From positions 5,828,001 to 5,892,000 of the forward strand of contig OX597828.1 in NCBI GenBank assembly GCA_951406725.2: 64,000 nucleotides of DNA. Direction: 5' to 3'. The DNA comes from Octopus vulgaris (lineage: Eukaryota). Each line of letters begins with the position of its first letter. Within the stretch, counting starts at the first letter, position 1. Of this stretch, positions 1-12,135 are shown in pieces. Under the pieces are notes generated by a model that made no database searches, had not been told where the DNA came from, and saw nothing but the letters and a program-made list of their open reading frames with translations. The position numbers and the translations under genes were made by a program.

Positions 1-469
1 ATCTCTTTCACATCCATGCTTTCACTGTCTCTCTCTTTCTTTACCTTATAACTCATTTTTTCACTTCTTCTAGTCTATCAGCAACCCTGAATATTCTCTC
101 GCTCATTCATTTTTCCTTCATCCAATACATTATCGACATCATGATGATTATTTCATGTAAAGGGATGGGTTCCGTTACAAAATCAACGTTCATTTTTCAA
201 TAGATACTGAAATATATTGAAACATATACGTTCTCCATAACCGACTTATTAAACGAAATGACTATATATTTATAATGAATATTTATCGATCGAATATTTG
301 TTTTATAAACTTCATATATAACACTTTATATAAAACAGACACAAATAAGCTCTTATAGATAAATATTAGATATATATATATATTGCGTACAGGTGTGTTG
401 ATGCCAGGGTATTTCATGTATTCTCTTTGACGCAAGGATCCAAAAACTTATATAAGAGCATATACATAT

Positions 470-802
470 ACTCTTTACTCCTTTTTCAGTCATGTGACTG
501 TGGCTAATCCACTCCAAGACTTATTTTTTGTAAGCCTAGTAATTATTCTATCGGTCTCTTTTGCCGAACCGCAATGTTACGGGGACGTAAACACACCAGC
601 ATCAGTTGTCAAGCGATGTTGGGGGGACAAACACAGACACACAAACATATACACGCACATAAATATATACATACATATATACGACGGGGTCGGCCCGAGG
701 CTATAGAAGAAGACACTTGACCAACATGACACGCAGTGTGACTGAACCCGGAACCATATGGTTCGTAAGTAAGCTACTTACCACACAGCAACTCCTATGC
801 CT

Positions 803-805
<3 letters not shown>
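470..805 (-). mobile_element. tRNA-derived SINE, family A (internal CA/TA microsatellite), with internal deletion
   Basis: Reverse strand reads TATAGGCATAGGAGTTGCTGTGTGGTAAGTAGC...GGTTCCGGGTTCAGTCAC (A/B-box-like head), then a body shared with copies at 10831, 16205, 17599 and 37643. Confidence 0.85.
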
Positions 806-838
<33 letters not shown>

Positions 839-1908
839 TCTTATATAATAAGCTATATCTATATATGAAAGAGAGTGAGAAAGAGAGAGAGGTAGAGAGA
901 TAGAAAAATAGATAGATAAACAAACGCATATACACACATATACAAATACACACATGTACATATATGTTATATCATTCAATTCAGGGCTTTGTGTACTGAC
1001 ATTTTCTGGCACACTTTCGGAATATAGTTGAAAGAAATAGTCTTCGGTAGAAATCGAAATACGTAAGCATTTTGCTTTAGCCAGTATCATATCAATACAT
1101 TTTGTGCAATCGCCCAAAATCCAATTTTTATATATTCGTAGTCTGTCGCTATCGATATGATCAGTATTGTACATGAACCATTTACTCAAAGACGAACGAT
1201 ATGTGTGAGTGTGTGCGAGCGTATGTGTTTATATATATATATAGAAATATATGTACATGTGTGTGTGTGTGTGCATATGTGTCTATTATGTAGTGATACA
1301 GATTTTATATATGCATATATACTTTCATGTGTGTGTAATCATATATATATATACATTATATATATATGTATATATATATGTACACACGCACACACATTAG
1401 CATTAATATGCCATGCAGATAAGAGCAACGCTACAAGAATTATAATAGCTTCTAAGATATTTATGCATAGATTACTGCAAGGAAATTAGCTATAATCTGA
1501 ATGATGTTAATCGCTGCAACTGGAGATAACGCACAAGAAGCCAACATCTTGCAGGCATCAAACAGCAGGATTAACAAAATGAAGCCTACTGCAAGTTTCA
1601 ATAAAGCCATCAGTCATACAGGTTTTTCTATATGCAGCTAGTTGATTATAGTGATTGGATTATACAGCACGCACACAGCTCTTTTTCTTGTCTGTCACTC
1701 TCTTTATGCTTACATTTAGTTCTCTCTCTGGCCATCTTTCCTTTTAGCCGTCTATTCATTTATTTCTGTGGCGAGTATGTATGATTATATGGATGTTCAT
1801 GTGTGTGTGTGTGTATATATATATATATGTTTGTGTGGGTGTGTATGTATTTATGTATGTGTATATATATATCTGTATATATATATGTGTGTGTGGGTAT
1901 TATGTATT

Positions 1909-1968
<60 letters not shown>

Positions 1969-2944
1969 ACACACATATGTACCCAAACTCACACTCATAT
2001 ACATATATACGTACTTATATATATAATATATTATTTTAATTGTGACAAGAGAGTATTCAATTCAACTTAAGGTGTAGAGTGCAATTATATTTATTTGGTT
2101 AAGTTTCCTTATCCTTACTTCATATTTCTCCACTATTCGGCCACTCAGTTAGACCTGTCCAAAACATCGCTGTCTCATTGAGTAACAGACGCAGTGAAGC
2201 ACTGATAATATAGATGTCCATGTTCAGTTCTGTTTTCTCGCGTGTTGCATTATATATGGAAGAACGTAAACTTCTGTTTTTAATTTCTTAACAGAAATAT
2301 AATTTCTTACATCGCAACATGACTCAAATAAGTTGAAGTTCTTGCTGCCAACTAAGACATTATCTGTGTGGGTTCATCTACTTTGAAATTGGAAATCCAC
2401 TGGTACAGGAATATATTCAACGAATTAAGATATAATGTTTCTATATTAGCTGCTTGTATGTTATGAGAATTTGTTCTATTCTGCAAAATATGTAGGTCGA
2501 TGGTATGGTCTTGACTAACTCGTAAATAACTGTAATAACTGTAATCGCTACGGACATTATGTGCTGTTACGAATGCAACAATGTGCACTTTTCTCAATGT
2601 TCCTTTTCCATTCTGCCATCCCAAAACTATATATATTTCGGAATGTAATATTGCATTTATTTCTAGATTTAAAGAAATATGTATGCAATGTGACCAAATC
2701 TTTAAATGCAAATTTGGCTAACCAAAATTCTTTTTTACTTTACATTCCACCGACTTTATTCTCCTTTATAGATGTGCTTCTAGTGATAGACATCATCCGT
2801 TCGAAAGAAACTTAATTAGGTTTTTGCAATAAATAGTAAACGAACTAAGTTGCTCGTCTAATGTTATATTCAGATTTTGGTTCGAATTTTTAAAAATCCG
2901 TGTTATTCAGTTTTCTGATAGTATTATGTTTTATGTTCGTCAGT

Positions 2945-3097
2945 CTTTACGTTCTGAGTTCAAATTCCACCGTGGTTGATTGTGCTCTTCATCATTTCCG
3001 GGTCGATAAATTAAGTACCAGTTGCATACTGGTGTCGGTCTAATCTACTAGCTCCCTCACCCGAAATTTTGTGCCTTGTGCCTAGAGTAGAACAGAA
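2945..3097 (+). mobile_element. SINE family B (Meta-domain-like), 5'-truncated
   Basis: GAGTTCAAATTCC B-box followed by CTTCATCATTTCCGGGTCGATAAATTAAGTACCAG, resembling the MetaSINE central domain; homologous to 38485-38678. Confidence 0.75.
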
Positions 3098-3508
3098 TAG
3101 ACACACATGCTTGCTCACCTCATCTTGTTGGGATCACCATGTATTATCTCATCTTCCTTCAAGCTCGCTTTATTATCTTTTATGTTTTATTATGTTTTAG
3201 GTTTAGCATATTGTGTTTTTTGTGCGGAACACAGAAATAGGTACTGTTCAATTAAAATGATGTCCTAGTGCCTTAGCTACATTCGTCGACACCTTGAAAA
3301 GCACGCACCACAAACACTGTTCTTCGATATGAACACAGTGATGTTGACAATACACATGAATAAGAAATTTACTCATGTGAAACGAAATTTCCACCTACGG
3401 TTCTATGACACATAAAGTACTTTATGAAACTCTTCTAAGAAAATGAGACGGAGGGAAAAATAAAAGAAAAATAAAATAAAAATACCGTTGTAACATCGCC
3501 ATTGTGCC

Positions 3509-3510
<2 letters not shown>

Positions 3511-3584
<74 letters not shown>

Positions 3585-3613
3585 CAGCAGCAGCAGCAGT
3601 AGAAGTAGTAGTA

Positions 3614-3659
<46 letters not shown>

Positions 3660-3757
3660 AAAGGGAAGAAGAAGAAGAAGAAGAAGAAGAAGAAGAAGAA
3701 GAAGAAGAAGAAGAAGAAGAAGAAGAAGAAGAAGAAGAAAAAGAGGAAGAAGAAGTA
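3511..3757. repeat. Compound microsatellite (AGT)n/(AGC)n/(AGA)n
   Basis: Direct reading of the sequence; explains the poly-S/R/Y/L/F ORFs. Confidence 0.97.
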
Positions 3758-3797
3758 TACCAAAAAGGATGACTTTGATGACGATAATAATAATAAT

Positions 3798-4013
3798 CAT
3801 CCTTTCTAGTACTGGTACAAGGCCTGAAATGTGTATAGAGGGGAATGATAGATCACATCGACCTTAGTACTTGACTGGTACTTAATTTATTGACCCTGAG
3901 AGGATGAAAGGCAAACCTAATCTCGGTAGAATTTGAACTCAGAACGGAAAGATGGACGAGATGACTCTAAGCATTTTGTCCGGAGTCCTAACGATTCTGA
4001 CAGCTCGCTGCCC
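3798..4013 (-). mobile_element. SINE family B (Meta-domain-like), near full length
   Basis: Minus strand: GGCAGCGAGCTGTCAGAATCGTTAG...GAGTTCAAATTC...CCTTTCATCCTCTCAGGGTCAATAAATTAAGTACCAG; ATT-repeat tail. Confidence 0.8.
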
Positions 4014-4050
4014 TAATAATAATAATAATAATAATAATTATTATTATAAT

Positions 4051-4116
<66 letters not shown>

Positions 4117-4143
4117 TATAATAACAATAATAACTATAATAAC

Positions 4144-4191
<48 letters not shown>
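4013..4191. repeat. (AAT)n microsatellite
   Basis: Direct reading. Confidence 0.97.
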
Positions 4192-4193
<2 letters not shown>

Positions 4194-4198
4194 ATATC

Positions 4199-4715
4199 AA
4201 TTCTTTCTACTATAGGCACAAGGTCTGAATTTTAGTGGGGAGCGGGGAAAATCGATCTCATCGGCCCTAGTACTTGACTGGTATTTAAATAATAATGATT
4301 TCAAATATTTGCCACAAGAGCAGCCGAAAGAAGGGGATTAAGTCGAATACATCGACCCCGTGTTCACCTGGTACTTATTTTATCGACACCGAAAGGATGA
4401 AAGCAAAGATGACCTCGGTGGAATTTGACTCCAGATGTAGCGACGGGCGAAATACCGCTAAACATTTCGCCCAGTGTGCTAACGATTCTGTCAGCTCAGC
4501 GCCCTATAGAGTATTAATAAAATTCTTTCTGCTAGAGGCACACAATCTGAAATTTTGGGAAGGGGGCTAGTCGATTACATTGACCCCAGTGTTTTACTGG
4601 TATTTATTTCATCGACTCCGAAACGATGAAAAGCAAAGTCGAGCTAAGCAGAATTTTAATTCAGAACGTAGCTAAGCATTTCGTCCAACATGCTGAAGAT
4701 TCTGCAAGGTCACTA
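4199..4715 (-). mobile_element. Three tandem SINE family B copies (about 4199-4288 partial, 4296-4505, 4520-4715)
   Basis: Repeated ACTGGTA(C/T)TTA...ATCGAC...GAAAGGATGAAAG motif and shared heads, all on the minus strand. Confidence 0.75.
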
Positions 4716-4761
4716 CTATAATGATGATGATGATAATAGCAATAATAATAATAATAATAAT

Positions 4762-4794
<33 letters not shown>

Positions 4795-4796
<2 letters not shown>

Positions 4797-5825
4797 AGGC
4801 ACAGAAAAAGCTAAGCGCATGAAAACCCGTGCTAAATCTGTGGCCTTAGATATTCTGAATGATAAATGGCAAGAAAAACCTCTCTATGGCAAATACCCAA
4901 AGAGAGCAAATAATGCAGATGTTGACAAAGCCCTGACCCATCAATGGCTAATGACCTCTGGCTTAAAATCTGAAACAGAGGGGTTTATCATAGCAGCTCA
5001 AGATCAATGCCTACCAACAAGAAACTACCAGGCCAACATATTAAAGATCAGAAGCAGTCCAACGTGTCGTGTATGCCAGCAACAAAATGAAACCATTGAC
5101 CATGTAGTCTCCAAGTGCAGTCTTCTAGCGCCTACAGAGTATCTCAACAGACACGATGGAGCTGCACAATATATTCACTGGGTAATCTGCAAAAACCTGG
5201 ATTTGCCCCATGAAAAAAACTGGTAGGAACACAAACCACCCCCAGTGCTTGAAAATGACCACATCTCACTCCTCTGGAACTTCACCATTCAAACTGACAG
5301 AAAGATAGATGCAAATAGGCCAGACATCATATTAAAAGACTTCAAACAAAGAACATGCCTCCTCATTGATATGACTGTCTCAATCGATATAAACGTATCT
5401 GTCAAGACCTACCAAAAACTGAGCAAATATAAAGATCTTGAAATGAAATCAGCAAAATGTGGAACCTGAAGACTAAAACAATACCTGTTGTCATAGGTGC
5501 CCTGGGAATGATAGCAAAAGGGGCTGATAGCTACCTAACTCAGATACCAGGAAACCCCAAAATGGCAGAAATTCAAAAGATAGTGCTCATGGGAACTGCT
5601 CATATCCTACGCAAAATACTTTCTATGTAATCTCAAGGTTTAAAACTAACATAATTTTCGGTTAAAAAAAATTTTTTTTTTAGACATTCATTAGTACAAC
5701 CCCCCCCCCAAATATATGGCACACTATGCACAACAACAACATGAACTTCCAACCTGTTGTCTCTTGAGGTCTCTGGGTGAGACTTGGAGCCAACTTGTAC
5801 AAATATAAAGCAAAAGTCAAACATA

Positions 5826-5826
<1 letters not shown>
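4795..5826 (+). mobile_element. 5'-truncated R4/Dong-like non-LTR retrotransposon (CCHC knuckle plus restriction-like endonuclease), pseudogenised
   Basis: Translation LKSETEGFIIAAQDQCLPTRNY...CRVCQQQNETIDHVVSKC (CCHC), RHD, NRPDII...LLIDMTV...KLSKY (RLE). TAG stop at 5224-5226, frameshift near 5443, terminal TAA at 5628-5630, 3' UTR, then (AAT)n. Confidence 0.9.

Positions 5827-5916
<90 letters not shown>
5827..5916. repeat. (AAT)n tract: tail or target of the Dong-like element
   Basis: Direct reading. Confidence 0.95.
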
Positions 5917-5918
<2 letters not shown>

Positions 5919-6870
5919 TGATGGTGATGATTATGATCATGATAATAGAAAGAATAAGAAGTTTTGATAAGAGAAAACGGTAGTAGTGCAAACTCGAAAG
6001 GTTTAATAACATTTTGCAAAGTATTCATATGATTATACATTCATGGATTCACGCACAGCCACTTACACATAGCTATGAATATAAACATACAAAGCAGAGT
6101 ATATGTACATTAGTGTACGTACATATGTCCATACCCACTAATATGTATACATGCATATTAGTATGTATACACTCCTTTGCGCCACATCGGCTTACTCACC
6201 TCTCTATATATGACACCGACCTCACCTTCAACCTTCATTTAGCACCAATCATACACGGATTTCCACTCCTCTCCCAGACACTCAAAGTACACACCCGCAG
6301 TCTACCCGCCTCGGCACTCTCATCCATACGCAATTCTCTACACAAACCCGTACGCAGTGTTCAAATCATCATTCCTTTCATGCATTATAACTCACACACC
6401 TGCAACACCATCCCACTCCGCACCCTTCTCTGCTCCCACACACACGCAATCTTCGTTAGCCTTATCACACATACCACTTTATGAGCAGTCACACACAATG
6501 TATAACTCAGTACACACTACACACATCATCATGCACCCTCCCACATCCTCACAAGCACATAGTATCTGAACAGAGACAATATATATATATTTATATACAC
6601 ACATACACACACGCAACACGCATAAACACACGCAAGACACATAGACAAAGATAATTTTTGAATTTTTGTTCACACGTAAACTCTATATAGACGCACCCTA
6701 TTTGACCACAGTGACACACACACACATTCACGCATAAACATGTACACACACCACATATAAAAGTACATATCAACTGCTGCAAACAAAGCACACACACACA
6801 CATTATGCACGCACACACACGTACGTCATACACGCTTCTATTTACACATACACTCACTAAGCATTCTCAC

Positions 6871-7150
6871 ATAGACACACATGCTTGCTCACCTCATCTT
6901 GTTGGGATCACCATGAATTATCTCATCTTCCTTCAAGCTCGCTTTATTATCTCCCCTTCATTGAACTGCTTTTTTCCAATCAATCGCACCACTCCTTTTT
7001 CCACTCTTTCTCTAAATATTTCCTTTTATTCCTTTCTGTTGAAGAGCGTAGTCTTTATAATTCATAAACTTATTTCCCGAGCGTGAAACTAATACAATTG
7101 TTGTCCCTACACCTATATTCGTCTTTGTTATTTCTAAAATTTGAACTATA
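6871..7150 (+). mobile_element. Penelope-like terminal-repeat remnant
   Basis: TTTCTGTTGAAGAGCGTAG (decayed hammerhead start) and TTTCCCGAGCGT...TAATAC motif shared with the 19345-19550 element. Confidence 0.5.
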
Positions 7151-7294
7151 CATACACACACACACATACACACACACACAAGCAACAGGATATCTGTTGC
7201 TTATTTTTATTTTATTCACCTTTGAGCTGCACAGATAATACCGTACTGACGTGGTGCTTCAAACTTAATTATTTCATATATATATATATACATC

Positions 7295-7925
7295 CAATAT
7301 AGGATAAAATTTTCGTAAAAAGTTTATCAATGGTCAGCGTATTAAGAAAATACCTTCAAAGGTTAAATTTATAAACAACTTATAAACAAGGGCAAAAAAA
7401 AAATATTTATTTTCTTATCGTATTTATCGCTGATGACGAGAAAATTCTAAATTAATTAACTCAGAAATAGGGAACGATCCAATAATAACGAATTTATTTA
7501 GAAATCTCTATCCGTTTGCTCTCGAGACGCGTGCTTATAGTGTTAAATTATATGGTTATTGACGATTAAGTCTATTTTTGGCATATTTGGCATTGGATTT
7601 TTTTCTTTTGCCCTTGTTTATAAGTTGTTTGTAAATTTATAAGTTGTTTATAGGAGACTGAATCTCCACATTTTCTCGTTAGGCCTCTCAGAGTCTATAA
7701 AGGCTTTTCCTCCTCTGTTTAAAGGGAAATAACCGGTACTCATTAATATTTATTTGTATTCGTCGAGTTCTGAGCGTTTCCTCACGCCGGTGACGTAGAT
7801 ATTTTGAATTTTGTTTTCATGTAGAGTTTATCGAGCTGTCCACAAGGATATGTGGGTACGAAACCTTGCGTACTTCTTTAAAAAAAATCTACTGTCTTAT
7901 TTTTTTAGGGTGTGTTTCTTTCTGA
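7295..7925 (+). mobile_element. Penelope-like terminal-repeat remnant with inverted repeats and decayed hammerhead
   Basis: 34-bp inverted repeat 7364-7397/7606-7639; CTGATGA-CGAG at 7430 and CTC-GAGA-CGCGTG at 7521. Confidence 0.5.
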
Positions 7926-8097
7926 TATATCTTTTGTTGTTATGTATGTATGTATGTTTGTATGTATGTATGTATGATGCATGTATGTATGTATATATGT
8001 ATGAATGTATGTATGTATGTATATGTATATATATGCATATATATATGTGTATATATATATATACATATATATATACACAGATATATATATATATACC

Positions 8098-8157
<60 letters not shown>

Positions 8158-9709
8158 ATTTAGGTATATAGCTTGTACACTTATATTTATGCATATATAC
8201 GCATGATATTTACTGTCCAATTTTACAAATGTGTATGAATTTAAACATGCACACGCATGTATAAATGCACGTATTTAGAATAATAATATATTAATGATTA
8301 AAATGTCAGATACTGGAAAACACACACATTCTTGCATTAATACACACATTTATGCACGCACACATATACACACATAGGTGCTCGTGAGCTATCAAGAAAT
8401 ATACTAAAGGAAAATTAATTGGTGAAAAAACAGATTGGAAGTACACTTCGGAAATGAAGGCATAATGATAAATTATCACTTTGTTAAACGTATAGATAAC
8501 TGTTATCTGGCATAAGGGGTTGCAATGTTGATGTATGGAACCTAATATAAAAACCAGTAGAATGCTGTGTAAAGAAATATAATATACTGGTGTAACATTT
8601 AGAAAGGAACATCTAAATTGAAACGCAAAATCTCTAATGTAAAAGAAACTTGGGATTACCATAAATAATCTCAAACATGTAAACATCGGAGCCTTTCTAA
8701 TTTGCTGTAGAGCATAGGGAGCATATAATAGTGTGTGGGTCAGCGTAATTAGAGGCTGCTTTATTCTAAAATATAGCTGCACGTTCAAAAGTTTCCCTAT
8801 CAGAGGCAATTTTAGATATATATTTATTGTTGGCAAGTTCTTGATAATGCTATGCGGGTGGTTCAAGTGTTTATTAATATAACGCTTAGACTAATTACGT
8901 TTTCTATTATGGCTGTAGTTTCCTAAAGTTAGGTTGCTGAATGACTATAATTTCAGATTAAATTGATTACCTCAGTAATTTTCTCGTCAGTTTTTATTAT
9001 GCAGAGAACATTGTATCTTCACGATTAACTTAATTTCTAATTATTTTTCAAGTGTGTAACTTATATGATGAAAAATTTACTTTTGAAAGGTAGATTTACA
9101 GTTCCACATATTAGATCTAGATTGCTCTGAAATTTGTCTCGTAAAAACCTTCGTTAAACCACTTGTAGTGTGGCAACGAATTGCTCATTTTAAAATAATT
9201 TTAGAAGGTCCAGCGATACCGGATATATTTCTTTGTTACATTGTGGGTTTGCTATTCGTATTAGCGCTAACAATTTGTGGAATGTAATAGGGATTAAATA
9301 CAGGTAGTACTTGAACTCATTATACTCGGTTCGTGATTATCTAATAATTTAGTTCTTACCTAAGCTCTCAGTCAAAATTGAACAATCAATAATCTTTTCA
9401 TCTTGAGAAGTACACATTGTAACTAAATCTGATGGAGGCTGGGATTATCTACTGAACTATTTAGCTACTCTTTAATGAAAACAAACGCACTGCTTAATTA
9501 AAATACGGTATATCTGATGGAGTTGTATTACGACAACTTAAATAAAATAGCGGCGTTGCTTCAAAACAAAAAGATATTATTTTGGTAAACAGATAAATCG
9601 TCGTAATTTTAAAGTAATTACCTAAAACCTCATTAAACTTGTGATAAACACACTAACAAACACACACGCACACACGCAAAGGCGCACGCATATAAGTATA
9701 CACACACAC

Positions 9710-9771
<62 letters not shown>

Positions 9772-9916
9772 ATAATAACAAAGGGTTAACATTAATTAAC
9801 CAGTAATCAATAATTTCACCAAGTAGAATTCGGCATGAAAAAGGAACATTTCACGGTAAACTAAAGTAATACTTTATAATAGGGCTCAGCAAATCCTAGC
9901 GGAACCCTATTATAAA

Positions 9917-9956
<40 letters not shown>

Positions 9957-10830
9957 GCATACATCCATAGAAACACACATAATTGGTTAAGAATATTCAC
10001 AAGGAATAGGTAAAATATTAAGGACAAGATATAAATAAGATAGCAATAGGTTTCCATCAGAAGCAGTTGACTATATATCAAGGCAGTATCACTCGGTCAG
10101 TGCCTAAGGAGTAGCATTTAAGGCAAGCAATAAGAGGCATACAGAGATAAGGGAAAAATTGCTGCTATGGTTCTAGCAAACAGAACAGAGAACGAAATTA
10201 CGGAGTATTTTCAGTAATGTAATATTTCGACAAGAAATAAAGAACTAAAAACAAAGCGGGGATGATTGTGCAGGGGGTAACACTTTGAGAAAATCAGTGT
10301 TGAAAGTTAGATGTTAGTCCTTGAGCAAAGAAGGAGACTCGATGGAGAGCAAAATAACCATTAAAAGATTTGCAATCGGACAGAAGCAAGCGGGACTGTA
10401 GTTAGAGTCATGGGAAGGTATAAAGGTAGATTTTGAAGTTTAATATTGAACTGAGAATAAGACCGAAATCAGAAGAGGCGTATAAAATGGTGAGAGAACG
10501 AGTGACGTAATATGAGGGAGACAGAGACAGTCAGACAAATAGACAGACAGGGAAGACGAAAGACTAGATAAGTTTGTAGCTGGATGAAAGACCTAAATGT
10601 GAAAACAAATTTTGCATGGTGTTAACATCATTATAATTAAACAGGGAGCACAGGTAAAACACATAGACCTAGACACAAGTAACATAACGTTAGCCTTTCA
10701 TCAGCAGTTAACTGAGGCTCAAATAATATTTTAATCAAATAATATCTTAATCACGAAGATAAGCATTATGCAGAAATATGTGTTTACACGCACCTATATG
10801 TGTTTAGATATGCACACATATATATGTATA

Positions 10831-11208
10831 CTATTTACTCTTTTACTTGTTTCAGTCATTTGACTGCCGCCATGATGGAGCATTGCCTTTAGTCGAGCAA
10901 ATCAACCCTAGGACTTATTCTTTGTCAACCTAGTACTTATTCTATCGGTCACTTTTGCCGAACCGCTAAGTGACGGGGACGTAAACAGACCTGCATCGGT
11001 TGTCAAACGATGTTGGGAGGACACAAACACAAACACACACATACATATATATACATATATAGGACAGGCTTCTTTCCGTATCCGTCTACCAAATCTGCTC
11101 ACAAGGCTCTGGTCGGCCCGAGGCTATAGTAGAAGACACTTGCCCAATGTTCCACGCAGTGGGACTGAACCCGGAACCATGTGGCTGGTAAGCAAGTTAC
11201 TCGCCATA
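10831..11208 (-). mobile_element. SINE family A, near full length
   Basis: Minus strand ...CCACATGGTTCCGGGTTCAGTCCCACTGCGTGGAACATTGGGCAAGTGTCTTCTACTATAGCCTCGGGCCGACC...; matches other family A copies. Confidence 0.88.
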
Positions 11209-12044
11209 AACATGTACACACGAGCATACAAAGCTATACACATACAGAGGCACGTTATATTTCTGTTTTATAATGTTAACTTAGATGTGTATTGAAAGAA
11301 TTTCAAACAGAATTTTACTAATGAATATATGTTCTTATCATTTTATATGGAGAAAATGGCAGCACAATAATATGTATCGTATAAAGGTAGTGTGTATTGA
11401 GTCTTAAGACTATTCATAGATTCGTTTAGCCTTTGCAAAGAACCGCCGGAAATGAATTTACGTTAATAACTGAATTATTTTTGTCATGCTACTCAAATAT
11501 GCATCAACAAATTACATAATTTAAGAGCTAATTTAATGAAAGCTTAAATAAATACATTGATTAAATTAAGAAGCTCTGTCATAATTCGGGACTCCAGGAC
11601 AAACACTGATTTATAAATTGTTTGCATTTGGATATAATTTGCACGCATATTTCAACGTTGAATTTATGCAAATGTATAAGTTTACAGGCAAACAGAGAAG
11701 GAAAACATTTTATTTGAAATGAATTTAGGTTTAACCAATTCAATGCATGCTTCTTCATCATTTTCGACCTCCTTAAAGCAATATGTTTTTGACTAAAGGC
11801 ATTGAAATGAGGCTTTCTATAATGTATTTCATTTAATAATTTTTTAGGAAGATACTTGTATACAGTGTTGCTAAGAATCCAAGTGGCAAGGTGCGTTAAT
11901 TTGTATTTAAAAGAAAATGCAGGCGCGAACGTCTTGATCGTATTCAAACCTTATTTAACATACTACATGCAATCTTTTTTAATGGGATATTTCTAATTAT
12001 CATAATTATAATATAGGATAAATAATTCACTGCCTAGAAAAATA

Positions 12045-12135
12045 TTGACTTCAAATTTTTGCACAAGGCCAGCAAGAGCGGGAATTAGTCGATTACAGGC
12101 AAAGTCGACGTCAGCGGAATTCGAGCTCAGAGCAT
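12045..12135 (-). mobile_element. SINE family B fragment (internally deleted)
   Basis: TTCAAATTTTTGCACAAGGCCAGCAAG...GGCAAAGTCGAC...GGAATTCGAGCTCAGA, similar to the 4296 and 44165 copies. Confidence 0.55.

Noticed and set aside
701-2039. YIYI/VCVC/HTHT-rich ORFs here and throughout the ORF track
   Set aside because: They are translations of (TA)n/(CA)n microsatellites, open in several frames on both strands, with no domain content.
3422-4219. Poly-L/S/R/N/I ORFs
   Set aside because: Trinucleotide microsatellite artefacts.
9870-9920. Short hairpin TACTTTATAATAGGG/CCCTATTATAAAGTA considered as a terminator or miRNA
   Set aside because: Sits at the end of a repeat fragment next to a TA tract and is best explained as an inverted terminus of a truncated element.
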